Below are positions 9,273 to 19,267 of a DNA stretch of 64,000 nt, piece by piece. The stretch comes from Verrucomicrobiota bacterium. GTDB lineage: Bacteria > Verrucomicrobiota > Verrucomicrobiia > Limisphaerales > UBA11358. Below the pieces are notes generated by a model. The model had not been told where the DNA came from. It searched no databases and worked only from the letters and a program-made list of their open reading frames with translations. The stretch is from NCBI GenBank assembly GCA_049517655.1, contig JBEKRQ010000003.1, forward strand, positions 132,906-196,905. The letters run 5' to 3'. How positions within the stretch are numbered: the stretch's first letter is position 1; each line of letters begins with the position of its first letter. The translations under genes were made by a program, and so were the position numbers.

Positions 9273-10589
9273 TTGAAGATCATTGTTAAAACTTTAATCG
9301 CGTTGACTGGTCTGAGTGTCTTGATCGTACTCTTTCATTTTGAGGAGGACTGGCGTGGCAAACATGCATGGGAAAATTGCAAACGCGAACTCGAAGCCAA
9401 AGGCGAAGCGCTGGATTGGAACGCTTATATTCCCGCACCGGTTCCGGACGATCAAAATATCTTCAAGGCGCCCAAAATGCAGGAATGGTTTGTTGGTAGG
9501 AGCGAAACAGATTTATCAAAACGATTGGCAAATTCAAAAACGCCTTTTTTCGGAGAGTCGAGCCAAATCACGAATGAAGTTGAAGCTAAAAATTATCTGG
9601 CATGGAGTGATCAATTCACTCCGGACTTCGATCTGATTCGCAGTGCGCTTAAGCGTCCTTATGCGCGAATGGAAGGTGATTACAAGCCCCTTGTTGTGCC
9701 AGTCCCTAATTTTGTCACCGTCCGAATTGTGGCACAGACCCTGGCGCAGCGGGCGCATTGTTATTTATTATTGAATCAACCGGAGCAAGCGCTGGCCGAG
9801 TTGACAACCATGCACGATATGTGTCGTTTGCTTGAAGGTGTTCCAACAGGCAAACCCACGACTTTGGTTTCTGCAATGATTGATGTAGCTGTTGCAGGGC
9901 TATATGTGGATATCGTTGCCGAAGGTTTCCGGCGGCAGGCATGGCAAAAACCGCAACTCATCACACTGCAACGCCAACTCGGGCAAATTCATTTGACTCC
10001 TTTCGTTGTTGGGGCCATACGCCAGGAGCGTGCAGGGATGTGCTACATAATTGAAAATAATATGCTTCCCAGAATCAAAGATGTAAGAGCGCCTTACCTC
10101 ATGCGTGGATGTCTCTATCAGAATTTGGTGACTATTGCGCACCTCGAGCAGGAAGCGATTGACAGCTTTGACCCCGAAAGAAACGCCATTTTACTTGCAA
10201 ATGCGAACAATCTTCAACGTGAAGTGGTTGCGATGGGAAAGCGAAAATTTTTAAAGCCTTATACTTTCTTGGCTGCAATTGCTGTTCCAAATTTGACGCG
10301 GGCTTTCCAGACCCTTGGCCGAAATCAAACGAGTGTGGATGAGGCACAGATTGCCTGCACTTTGGAACGTTGCCGGCTCGCGCACGGCGAATATCCTGAA
10401 AAACTTGACGCGCTCGCACCACAGTTCATCGAAAAGATTCCAAATGACATCATCAACGGCCAGCCGTTGCATTATCGCCGCACAGCCGATGGAAAATTCA
10501 TGCTCTATTCCGTCGGTTGGAATGAAAAAGATGATAGTGGAGTCGCCAGCGACGAAATTAGCCAAGGCGATTGGGTCTGGAAAAATTAG
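9273..10589 (+). CDS. hypothetical membrane-anchored protein
   Basis: 438-aa ORF with a TTG start and one N-terminal TM segment. No family recognised. Confidence 0.55.
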   Translation: MKIIVKTLIALTGLSVLIVLFHFEEDWRGKHAWENCKRELEAKGEALDWNAYIPAPVPDDQNIFKAPKMQEWFVGRSETDLSKRLANSKTPFFGESSQITNEVEAKNYLAWSDQFTPDFDLIRSALKRPYARMEGDYKPLVVPVPNFVTVRIVAQTLAQRAHCYLLLNQPEQALAELTTMHDMCRLLEGVPTGKPTTLVSAMIDVAVAGLYVDIVAEGFRRQAWQKPQLITLQRQLGQIHLTPFVVGAIRQERAGMCYIIENNMLPRIKDVRAPYLMRGCLYQNLVTIAHLEQEAIDSFDPERNAILLANANNLQREVVAMGKRKFLKPYTFLAAIAVPNLTRAFQTLGRNQTSVDEAQIACTLERCRLAHGEYPEKLDALAPQFIEKIPNDIINGQPLHYRRTADGKFMLYSVGWNEKDDSGVASDEISQGDWVWKN

Positions 10590-10656
10590 CCACAGATAAA
10601 CACAGATTCACGCAGATGATCTTTTTATCTATGTTTCATCTGTGCAAATCTGTGGC
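10590..10656. repeat. ATCTGYGG-family palindromic element between convergent genes
   Basis: ccacagataaacacagattcacgcagatga ... tcatctgtgcaaatctgtgg. Confidence 0.8.
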
Positions 10657-13269
10657 TTAAACCGCTTGTTGTCCGCCGCCGTCCATTCCCGTGCCGTCCA
10701 GATCAATCAAAATGTCGCGCGGCTCGGCGCCTTTGCTGGGACCAACGATGCCGCGATTTTCCAGTTCGTCCATGATGCGCGCGGCGCGGGTGTAACCGAG
10801 CCGCAGCCGCCGTTGCAGCAGCGAGACGCTCGCCTTTTGTTCGCTGCGGATGACCTCGATGCACTTCTGAATCAGTTCCTCGTCCTCGTCTATGCCACTT
10901 TCATTTTCAAAACTGCCCGCCGGTTTTGAAAGTTGCCGGTGAATTTCCATTTCGTAACTCGGTTTGGCCTGCTTGGCAATGAACCCGACGATGCTGTTGA
11001 TTTCTTGGTCGGTGATGAGTGCCCCCTGCGCGCGAATCAACCTCGCCGAGCCGGGCGGCAGATAAAGCATGTCGCCTTTGCCGAGCAATTTGTCCGCGCC
11101 CATCGCATCGAGAATCGTGCGCGAGTCCACCTTCGCCGCGCACTGAAACGCGATGCGCGCGGTGATGTTCGCCTTGATGACGCCGGTGATGACGTCCACG
11201 CTCGGCCGTTGCGTGGCGACAATGCAATGGATGCCGGCCGCGCGCGCCATTTGTGTGATGCGCGCGATGGCCATTTCCACGTCAGCGGGCGCGACGAGCA
11301 TCAGGTCGGACAATTCGTCAATGATGACGACGATGTAGCTCAACTTTTCGGGAATAACGATGTCGTCGTCGCGCGGCACGACGATTTCCTCGTCCACTTC
11401 GACGGCGAAACCTTCCACGCCCGGCTCGACTTTTTCCCTTTTGGCCTTGAGCGGCAATTCGGGTTCGGTCTCCAACAACGGTTTGTTTTTGGGGCGCGAA
11501 TTGAACGAGCCGATGTTGCGGACCCCGACCCGCGCAAAAATCTGGTAACGCTTTTCCATTTCATTCACAACCCAGCGCAGGGCGAGAATGACTTTTTTGG
11601 GGTCGGTAATAACCGGGACGACAAGATGCGGCAGCCTGTTGTAGTGCTGCAATTCGACGACCTTCGGATCAATCATCACGAAGCGGAGCTGGTCCGGCGA
11701 GAAGCGGTAGAGCAGAGACGTGATGATGGCATTGATGCAAACCGATTTGCCGGAACCGGTGCTGCCGGCGATGAGCAAGTGCGGCATTTCGGAAAGGTCC
11801 GCCACGATGGGATGGCCATAAACGTCCTTGCCAAGCGCAATTGGAATTTTTGCCTTGGTGTTGCGCCACTCCTCGGACTCGAACATGTCGCGCACGATGA
11901 CATAGGAGGTGATCGGGTTCGGCACTTCGATGCCGACGGAACTTTTGCCGGGCACGGGTGCAAGGATGTGAACACGCTCGGCTTTGACTGCGGCAGCGAT
12001 GTTGTTGGAGAGCGCGCTGATTTTTTCGAGCTTCACGCCCGGCGCCGGATGAAATTCGTAGCGCGTGATGGTCGGGCCCTTGGTGATGTCGCCGAGCGAA
12101 ACTTCGATGTCGAACTGCGCAAGCGTCTGCTGCATGAGCCGCGCGTTGGCCATCAATTCCTCCTTCGACTCGGTTGGTTTGATGGTCGTGTCCGGGTATT
12201 GCAGAAGATCCAGCGGTGGCAACTGGTAATTGCCAATGACAGGCGTTGAAGCGACGCTGAGAGGCTTTGTTTTTTTCGCCGCAGCCCTGGTTTTGGGCGC
12301 GGGCGGCGCAACGGAAACCGTCGGTTCAGATTTTTCCGCTTCAATTTCCTCTTCAGTGACTTTCTCTGGCGCCGGTTTTTTGCCAAGGATGTCTTCCGTC
12401 GTCGCGGCTGCAGCTTCCTGGCCGGAAACCGCCTCACTTTCATCGGTGGGCCCGGGTTCTTTGAACACACCACCGGGCAAAATGGTTTTGCGGACGCGAG
12501 TGGATTTGGCCTGCGACACACTCAAATCGCGGACGGTCGGTTCAGGAACAGGTTGCAAATCCGCGCCGAGACCGGTGCGTGCGACTTCCTCCTGTAATTT
12601 TTTTGCCTGCCTTTCGAGTTCGCGCGCCCGGTGTTCAAGTGCGCCTTCGTCGGCGGATTCCGGTTCGGCTTCGTCGGATTCCTTTTCAAGGAAACCACGA
12701 ATCCATTCCCCGAGACGGAAATTCGTCAGGAACAGCAGGCTGATGAGGCACAGTGTCGCGTAAACAATCGTCGCGCCGACGGTGCCAAGCAGGCAAAAAC
12801 CGTATTCGTGACGCGGTGTCTGCCCGTAAGTTGCCCATCCAAGCCATCCCCCCGCGCTTTGCGACCCGATGGCTTCGTGAATTTTTCCTCGCTGGCCGCC
12901 ACCGTCCATGATGTAAAGCAGGCCGGTAAGCGACACCAGCAACACGGCTGACCAAACCAGCGACCAACGCAAACGCTCACGCAAGTGACTCGGAAAATTC
13001 AACAGATAAGCTAGGCCAAAGGCTGCGAACAGCACGGGCAAAAGGTACCCAACCAAACCAAAAGGTATAAATGAGGCCCACGCCAGGTACGCGCCCAACG
13101 GGCCAATCCAGTTATGCGCGGGTTTGTTCAGTTGCGTGGTCAGGAACGAAACGTCGTTGCGGTCGAATGAAAACTGCGCGACCAGCAGCAACAGCGCGGC
13201 GGCGAGCAGCGCAACGCCAATAATGTCGCTAAAGCCGTGTGCAGAATCCGATGGCGTCTTCCGTGACAT
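10657..13269 (-). CDS. ftsK: DNA translocase FtsK
   Basis: N-terminal TM segments, Pro/Glu-rich linker, FtsK/SpoIIIE motor with Walker A GSTGSGKS, and a C-terminal gamma domain. ATG at 13269 preferred. Confidence 0.93.
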   Translation of the reverse strand: MSRKTPSDSAHGFSDIIGVALLAAALLLLVAQFSFDRNDVSFLTTQLNKPAHNWIGPLGAYLAWASFIPFGLVGYLLPVLFAAFGLAYLLNFPSHLRERLRWSLVWSAVLLVSLTGLLYIMDGGGQRGKIHEAIGSQSAGGWLGWATYGQTPRHEYGFCLLGTVGATIVYATLCLISLLFLTNFRLGEWIRGFLEKESDEAEPESADEGALEHRARELERQAKKLQEEVARTGLGADLQPVPEPTVRDLSVSQAKSTRVRKTILPGGVFKEPGPTDESEAVSGQEAAAATTEDILGKKPAPEKVTEEEIEAEKSEPTVSVAPPAPKTRAAAKKTKPLSVASTPVIGNYQLPPLDLLQYPDTTIKPTESKEELMANARLMQQTLAQFDIEVSLGDITKGPTITRYEFHPAPGVKLEKISALSNNIAAAVKAERVHILAPVPGKSSVGIEVPNPITSYVIVRDMFESEEWRNTKAKIPIALGKDVYGHPIVADLSEMPHLLIAGSTGSGKSVCINAIITSLLYRFSPDQLRFVMIDPKVVELQHYNRLPHLVVPVITDPKKVILALRWVVNEMEKRYQIFARVGVRNIGSFNSRPKNKPLLETEPELPLKAKREKVEPGVEGFAVEVDEEIVVPRDDDIVIPEKLSYIVVIIDELSDLMLVAPADVEMAIARITQMARAAGIHCIVATQRPSVDVITGVIKANITARIAFQCAAKVDSRTILDAMGADKLLGKGDMLYLPPGSARLIRAQGALITDQEINSIVGFIAKQAKPSYEMEIHRQLSKPAGSFENESGIDEDEELIQKCIEVIRSEQKASVSLLQRRLRLGYTRAARIMDELENRGIVGPSKGAEPRDILIDLDGTGMDGGGQQAV

Positions 13270-13383
13270 GGCCCCAGCGTAACAATTCCGCACGGCAATT
13301 TCAAAGTTGAAATTGTCCGTGCCGGGTCAGTTCGCGCTTGCCAACGCGCGTCGGAAATTTGAGACTAACAACTCATTTGGAAT

Positions 13384-13459
13384 GCGCGGTTAGCTCAGTT
13401 GGCAGAGCACTACCTCGACACGGTAGGGGTCACAAGTTCAAGTCTTGTACCGCGCACCA
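13384..13459 (+). tRNA. tRNA-Val (anticodon GAC), CCA encoded
   Basis: Manual cloverleaf: acceptor GCGCGGT/ACCGCGC, D arm GCTC-AGTTGGCA-GAGC, anticodon arm CTACC-TCGACAC-GGTAG, T arm ACAAG-TTCAAGT-CTTGT, then A-CCA. Position 33 reads C. Confidence 0.8.
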
Positions 13460-13587
13460 GCCTTCGCTTGGAGCGCAGCGTAGAGCGAAGGCTGCCGCGC
13501 CGAAGCATGAAGTGCGTAGGCGGGCCAAGAGACACAGTGAACAACGCGCTCCAAGCTGCGGCTCGGCACGCCAGCCAGTTATTCAGT

Positions 13588-13833
13588 ATGAAATTCTTCT
13601 ACGTCTATATCTTGCAAAGTGAGAACAACGCGAAGCATTTTTACATCGGCTTCACAGAAAATTTACGAGACCGTTTGAGAGTGCATAACGCCGGACACGT
13701 TCCACATACAGTTAAGTTCCGGCCATGGCGGATAAAAACCGCAATTGCCTTTATTGAACGCCAACGCGCTATTGAATTTGAATGTTACTTGAAGACGGCT
13801 TCTGGGCGGGCATTTGCAAAAAAACGGTTTTGA
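13588..13833 (+). CDS. small GIY-YIG nuclease-domain protein
   Basis: MKFFYVYILQSENNAKHFYIGFTENLRDRLRVHN matches the GIY-YIG motif. 81 aa, immediately downstream of the tRNA. Confidence 0.8.
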   Translation: MKFFYVYILQSENNAKHFYIGFTENLRDRLRVHNAGHVPHTVKFRPWRIKTAIAFIERQRAIEFECYLKTASGRAFAKKRF

Positions 13834-13876
13834 GGCTTTCACTCTTCGAGCTACGCCTGGCACGCCAGCCTTCATT

Positions 13877-15208
13877 TCAGCAGGCCGGCGCGGATGGCGT
13901 CGCAGTCCATTCATTCAGGCCGCGCTCGTTGGTGTTCACTGGAAACAATCCGAGCAATTCCAACGCTTCGCCGACCAGATAAAGCGAGCCGGTGATGACA
14001 ACGGAATCATTATCTGGAATTTTTTCCAACGCTCCACGCAGAGAATCGCACGCGGAAATTTCAGCCGACAAATTTGCCGTGCGACAAGCCGCTGCCAATT
14101 GGCCCGGATTGGCGCTGCGTTCACTGGAAACCGGGACGGTAAAAATGCGCGACGCCAGCGGCGCAAGTATTCCGCAAATCCGCTGCCAATCCTTGTCCTG
14201 AAGCACGCCAAGAATCAGCGTCCGTTTCGTTGCGGGGGAATTTTTTTCCAGGGCTTCGCGCAGGACTTTCGCGCCGGCAACATTGTGCGCGCCATCGAGC
14301 AACAGCTTTTGACCCGAGGGCCGCGCGACCAATTGCAACCGTCCGGGCCAGTTCACTTTCGACAAACCGGCTCTGATATTTTCTTTGCTCACGGGAATTT
14401 TATTTTGAAGCGCTTCGACCGTTGCGAGTGCGAGCGCTGCGTTCAATTTTTGATGTTCGCCAGATAAGGACAAAACCTCAATTTGGGAGGGTTGCCATGT
14501 TGGCGACCCCAATTGATTTGGGACGGCGACACGCCGTCCCTCCCATGAATTGATTTTTGTTAAAGGCGCATTTTTTTCTTTCGCGATTTTTTCAATGACA
14601 GTCATGGCCTCCGGCTCGTCGGTTGCGGTCACGACCGGCACGCCGGGCTTGATGATGCCCGCTTTTTCGGTGGCGATTTTTTCGAGCGTGTCGCCGAGCC
14701 ATTGTTGATGGTCAAAGGCGATGTTTGTGATGACGCTGGCCAGCGGCGTGACGATGTTCGTGGCGTCCAGCCGCCCGCCAAGGCCGGTTTCCCAGATCAC
14801 CAAATCACATTTTTGCGCGGCGAAAAACCTCAGCGCCATGACCGTGACAACTTCAAAAAATGTCGGATGATGATCAGCGGGAAATTGTTTGAGCAAGGGC
14901 TGCAATTCTTCGACCAGCCGCACCACGTCCTGTTCGCTGATGAGTTGCCGATTAACCTGAATCCGTTCGCGGAACGAGACCAGATGTGGTGAGGTGAACA
15001 ACCCGGCGCGCAAACCGGCCGCGCGATAAATACTTTCGAGCATGGCGCAGGTCGAGCCTTTGCCATTTGTGCCGGCGACATGAATGAAGCGAAGCCGGTT
15101 TTGCGGATTGCCCGCGAGCGCGGCGAGTTTGTAAGTATTTTCCAGCCCAAACTTTGCGCCCAAAAGCCGCAAGCCGTAGAGAAATTGGATGGCTTCGGTG
15201 TAGGTCAC
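13877..15208 (-). CDS. folC: bifunctional folylpolyglutamate synthase / dihydrofolate synthase
   Basis: Mur-ligase P-loop HVAGTNGKGST with FolC-length architecture. Confidence 0.9.
   Translation of the reverse strand: MTYTEAIQFLYGLRLLGAKFGLENTYKLAALAGNPQNRLRFIHVAGTNGKGSTCAMLESIYRAAGLRAGLFTSPHLVSFRERIQVNRQLISEQDVVRLVEELQPLLKQFPADHHPTFFEVVTVMALRFFAAQKCDLVIWETGLGGRLDATNIVTPLASVITNIAFDHQQWLGDTLEKIATEKAGIIKPGVPVVTATDEPEAMTVIEKIAKEKNAPLTKINSWEGRRVAVPNQLGSPTWQPSQIEVLSLSGEHQKLNAALALATVEALQNKIPVSKENIRAGLSKVNWPGRLQLVARPSGQKLLLDGAHNVAGAKVLREALEKNSPATKRTLILGVLQDKDWQRICGILAPLASRIFTVPVSSERSANPGQLAAACRTANLSAEISACDSLRGALEKIPDNDSVVITGSLYLVGEALELLGLFPVNTNERGLNEWTATPSAPAC
14484..14545. repeat. GGGACGG-type palindromic element inserted in frame in folC
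   Basis: tgggaggg...ccctccca outer stem. Inner hairpin gggacggcg-aca-cgccgtccc is perfect. It encodes SWEGRRVAVPNQLGSPTWQPS. Confidence 0.8.
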
Positions 15209-15226
15209 TTTGTGTCTCGACCCAAC

Positions 15227-16840
15227 TTACAACGGCTTCTGGTGAACGTGCTGATGCGCAGCAGCGATAAAGCCTTTGAACAGCGGGTGCGGCTGGTGCG
15301 GCTTGCTCAAAAATTCCGGATGGAACTGGCTCGCGATGAAGAATGGATGCTCTTTGAGCTCGATGACTTCGACCAGCTTGCCATCGGGCGATAGGCCGCT
15401 GAAAACAAAACCGGCCTTCTCGAATTTCTCGCGGTAGGCATTGTTGAATTCGTAGCGGTGACGGTGTCGTTCGTTGACCACGAATGAGCCGTAGAGTTCC
15501 GCCGCCTTTGTGCCGAGCGCCAACTGGCACGGCTGCGCGCCGAGTCGCATCGTGCCGCCTTTCTTGGTGATTTTGCGCTGCTCGTCGAGCATGGCGATGA
15601 CCGGATGCGGTGTGGCCGGATCAAATTCCGTCGAATGCGCCCTGGCCAGTTTCAAAACGTTGCGCGCGAATTCGATGGTGGCGATTTGCATGCCGAGGCA
15701 AAGGCCGAGATAGGGAATTTTGTTTTCGCGGGCGTATTGCGCGGCCTTGATTTTGCCTTCAATGCCGCGTTCGCCAAAACCGCCGGGCACGAGAATGCCG
15801 CCGAGACCCTTCAATATTTTGGCTGCGCCGTCCTTTTCAATTTCCTCCGCGTCCACACGCACGATCTCTACGCCGCAATCATTGCCGATGCCGCCGTGGC
15901 TGATGGCTTCATAGACGGACTTGTAGGCGTCCTGCAACCCGATGTATTTGCCGACGACGCCGATGCGCACGCGATGCTGCGGCGCGATGAGCTTGCGTAT
16001 GATTTCCTGCCAGTGCGCCATGTTGGCGGGCGGCACATCGAGGCGCAGCAATTTGCAAACCAGGTCATCGGCATGCTCGCGCTGGAGCATGAGCGGCACT
16101 TCGTAAATGGAATGTTCTACATCCTGCTCTTCAATCACGGCTTCCACTGGTACGTTGCAGAACAATGAAATTTTCTGGCGCAACTCCTTTTCCAGCGGCT
16201 TTTCGCAGCGGCAGACGATGAGGTGCGGCGTGATGCCGATTTCGCGCAGTTTGGCGACGGATTGTTGCGTCGGTTTGGTCTTCAATTCGCCTGCCGCCTT
16301 GATGAACGGCACGTAGGTCACGTGCACAAACGCCACATTGCCCGCGCCGGCGTCCAGCGCAAACTCGCGGATGGCTTCCAGAAACGGCAGGCCTTCAATG
16401 TCGCCGGTTGTTCCGCCGATTTCCGTGATGACGACATCAGCCTTGCTTTGCTCTGCCAGGACGTGGATCCGATTTTGAATTTCCCCGGTGACATGCGGAA
16501 TGACCTGCACGGTCTTTCCGAGATATTTCCCCTCGCGCTCGTTGTTAAGCACGCTTTGATACACCTGGCCGCTGGTAAGGTTGTTCAGACGCGTGAGTTT
16601 GCAGTTCGTGAACCGCTCGTAATGCCCGAGGTCGAGGTCGGTTTCCGCGCCGTCGTCGAGCACGTAAACCTCGCCGTGCTGATACGGATTCATTGTGCCG
16701 GGATCCACGTTGAGATAGGGATCGAACTTCTGGAGCGCGACCTTGAGACCGCGATTTTCGAGAAGCGTGCCGAGCGACGCCGCTGTCAGGCCCTTGCCCA
16801 GCGAACTCACCACGCCGCCAGTAACAAAAATGAATTTCAT
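15227..16840 (-). CDS. pyrG: CTP synthase
   Basis: [17 protein letters not shown] start plus a C-terminal glutamine amidotransferase domain (GLCLGMQ). Confidence 0.95.
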   Translation of the reverse strand: MKFIFVTGGVVSSLGKGLTAASLGTLLENRGLKVALQKFDPYLNVDPGTMNPYQHGEVYVLDDGAETDLDLGHYERFTNCKLTRLNNLTSGQVYQSVLNNEREGKYLGKTVQVIPHVTGEIQNRIHVLAEQSKADVVITEIGGTTGDIEGLPFLEAIREFALDAGAGNVAFVHVTYVPFIKAAGELKTKPTQQSVAKLREIGITPHLIVCRCEKPLEKELRQKISLFCNVPVEAVIEEQDVEHSIYEVPLMLQREHADDLVCKLLRLDVPPANMAHWQEIIRKLIAPQHRVRIGVVGKYIGLQDAYKSVYEAISHGGIGNDCGVEIVRVDAEEIEKDGAAKILKGLGGILVPGGFGERGIEGKIKAAQYARENKIPYLGLCLGMQIATIEFARNVLKLARAHSTEFDPATPHPVIAMLDEQRKITKKGGTMRLGAQPCQLALGTKAAELYGSFVVNERHRHRYEFNNAYREKFEKAGFVFSGLSPDGKLVEVIELKEHPFFIASQFHPEFLSKPHQPHPLFKGFIAAAHQHVHQKPL

Positions 16841-16848
16841 TTTTTTAG

Positions 16849-16937
16849 GCCACAGATGAACACAGATTCACACAGATAATAAATTTACTTTGCTTGTCTT
16901 TCAAAAAATCCGTGTCCATCTGTGATAATCTGTGGCT
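16849..16937. repeat. ATCTGYGG-family palindromic element between kdsB and pyrG
   Basis: gccacagatgaacacagattcacacagataa ... atccgtgtccatctgtgataatctgtggc. Confidence 0.8.
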
Positions 16938-17682
16938 AAAGTTTTTTCAGAATTTGTTCCACCCGCGCCACGTCTTCCGGCGTGTCCACGCCCACGCCGT
17001 CGTAATCCACCTTCACGACCGCGATTTGAATTCCGTTTTCCAGCGCGCGCAACTGCTCCAGCTTCTCCGCTGTTTCAAGCGGCGACGCCGGGAATTTCAC
17101 CAGCCGCAACAGCATTTCACGCCGGTAACCGTAAATGCCCAAGTGTTTCAAAAAAACAAACGCCGCCAACTGTTCGCTCACCGAACCACTGGCGGCCTCG
17201 CGCAGATATGGAATCGTGCGCCGGGAAAAGTATAACGCATGACCGGCGGCGTTGACAACGACTTTTACAACGTTCGGATTGTCGAATTCCGCGGGATTTT
17301 TGATGCGCGTCGCGGCAGTGGACATTTCATTGTCGCGCAAAACGCCGGCGACCGCATCAATTACCGACGGCTCAATCAACGGCTCGTCGCCTTGGATGTT
17401 CACAACGGCATCACACGCGCAGCGTGCGGCGACTTCGGCGATGCGATCCGTGCCGCTCGGATGAGCCGCGAGCGTCATTTCCACACGACAGAATTTTTTT
17501 ACAACGTCGGCGATGCGCGAATCGTCCGTGGCCACGATGACTTCGCTCAACGATTTTGCCTTCCGGCACTGCTCAACGACGCGTTGAATCAGCAGTTTGC
17601 CCGCGATGGGCACAAGCGGCTTGCCGGGAAACCGCGTTGAAGCATAACGCGCGGGAATAATGCCAGCGATTTTCACGGGCAT
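16936..17682 (-). CDS. kdsB: 3-deoxy-manno-octulosonate cytidylyltransferase
   Basis: IIPARYASTRFPGKPL and NIQGDEPLI motifs. Confidence 0.92.
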   Translation of the reverse strand: MPVKIAGIIPARYASTRFPGKPLVPIAGKLLIQRVVEQCRKAKSLSEVIVATDDSRIADVVKKFCRVEMTLAAHPSGTDRIAEVAARCACDAVVNIQGDEPLIEPSVIDAVAGVLRDNEMSTAATRIKNPAEFDNPNVVKVVVNAAGHALYFSRRTIPYLREAASGSVSEQLAAFVFLKHLGIYGYRREMLLRLVKFPASPLETAEKLEQLRALENGIQIAVVKVDYDGVGVDTPEDVARVEQILKKL

Positions 17683-17707
17683 TGATTAAGCCACAACTTG
17701 CCGTGCC

Positions 17708-17747
17708 GAAGCAAGAAGCGAAGGCGGGATTGAACCCGGATGAAACA
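17708..17747 (+). repeat. 40-bp direct repeat, copy 1 (downstream flank of the RiPP-like locus)
   Basis: gaagcaagaagcgaaggcgggattgaacccggatgaaaca matches 23556..23595 at 39/40 in the same orientation. Confidence 0.85.
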
Positions 17748-17974
17748 TAGATTTTTTCAACCTGTCGCAGCCGTGGGTTTTTGCCGGCATGGGTTTCCGG
17801 GTCCTACCACGGCACCCGCATCGCTTTGAGCGGATGGCGCAGGACGAAGCGAGCCAGATTCCTGCGCAGGGGCCAGCGCCCCCGGCGCTCGGCGGCGGGT
17901 GTGTCCCGGAGCAATGCCCACGTCATTTGTGGACGAATGAAATATTTCATGAACTTCCGATACAATTCATCAAT

Positions 17975-19267
17975 TTACCGGTCTGGCATGGCGGTCAGAT
18001 TGACCGGATTCACCTGGCTGTCCGGGTAACTGAAATCTTCCCAACCGATCTTTGACCGCACGGCGGGATCAAGGTTGTTGTAGATGGGTGTTCCTGGCAA
18101 CGGACAAAGCCGTGCTGCGGAAATAATTTCAGGCCGGGCCCAGCGCAGGAACCGCACCGTGGCTTTAAAATCTTCGGGAGTTTCGCCCGGCAGACCCACC
18201 ATGATGTCCGCGAAAATGCGCAAGCCCGCCCGCCGTGTCAGTTCAACGGCGCGCCGGTTCAGCTCGATGTCCGTCTGTTTGCCAAGCCGCCGCAGCGACT
18301 CCGTCGAACCGCTTTCAAAACCGTATTCAACCTGGATGCAGCCGGCTGCCTTCATCTCGGCCAGTATTTCGGCGTCAGCTTGGTTGACCCGGAGGCACGC
18401 TTCCCATTTCAGTTGCTTGTGCAAGCCGGCCCGGCGGATGGCCGTGCATAATTCCAGCAATCTTCCACGATCCGCCCCGACAGTGTCGTCCTCAAAACGT
18501 ATGGCTGTCACGCCGAGGCACGTCGCGGCGTGGCGCATCTGGTCGAGGACGTATTCGATGGAGTGATAACGCACGCCCAATCCGGCGACGAGGTGGCCGG
18601 CGCAGAAGCTGCAGCGATGAGAACAGCCGCGGCTCGTGCGGAGATTGGTGGCCGGGAGTTTCAGGAACCGGATCAGCCACCGGCTGGGCGCTGTGAAATG
18701 TTTCACGTTGAACAGGTCGTAGGCGGGTGGCCCCAGACGATCGAGATCCTCCACCGCCGCGCGGGGAAGCGTGCGCGCCAGCGTCCCCTTGCGGCGGAAA
18801 ACAATTCCATTGACGGACGGCGAGAGGCCATGATCGGCCAGTTCCAGCATGGTTAATTCGCCTTCGCCGATGACAGCCGCGTCAATGGCCGGGCAACTGG
18901 TCAACAGTTCTTCCGGTAGAGCGGTTGGGTGCGGGCCGCCAGCCATCACCAGTGTTTGCGAACCCAACAACGTTTTGGCGTCTTCGGCAACAACCGCCGC
19001 TTCAGGCACACTGGAACTGACGAGCGACAAGCCCACGAGTTCGGGGCGAAATTCCTGCATCTGCGCCTGTAGTAATGCCCGTGCCGCAGCCCGATCGTAA
19101 CGATTCAACTCCAGCGTCTCCTCACAGAGATGGATTTTTACCTGATGCCCGCCCCGGCGCAGCACGGTGGCAATGCAGGCCAGTCCGGATGGAATCCAGC
19201 GGGAACGAAAAGCGCCCTTGGGCCAGGCCGAAGGCGGTGGTGCTGGATAGACGAGCAGGACGTTCAT
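17975..19267 (-). CDS. B12-binding domain radical SAM enzyme
   Basis: N-terminal B12-binding-like domain and CxxxCxxC (SRGCSHRCSFCAG). Its ATG overlaps the upstream stop (ATGA). An in-frame TAA at 17975-17977 is followed by a 56-codon continuation down to 17804. Confidence 0.85.
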   Translation of the reverse strand: MNVLLVYPAPPPSAWPKGAFRSRWIPSGLACIATVLRRGGHQVKIHLCEETLELNRYDRAAARALLQAQMQEFRPELVGLSLVSSSVPEAAVVAEDAKTLLGSQTLVMAGGPHPTALPEELLTSCPAIDAAVIGEGELTMLELADHGLSPSVNGIVFRRKGTLARTLPRAAVEDLDRLGPPAYDLFNVKHFTAPSRWLIRFLKLPATNLRTSRGCSHRCSFCAGHLVAGLGVRYHSIEYVLDQMRHAATCLGVTAIRFEDDTVGADRGRLLELCTAIRRAGLHKQLKWEACLRVNQADAEILAEMKAAGCIQVEYGFESGSTESLRRLGKQTDIELNRRAVELTRRAGLRIFADIMVGLPGETPEDFKATVRFLRWARPEIISAARLCPLPGTPIYNNLDPAVRSKIGWEDFSYPDSQVNPVNLTAMPDR

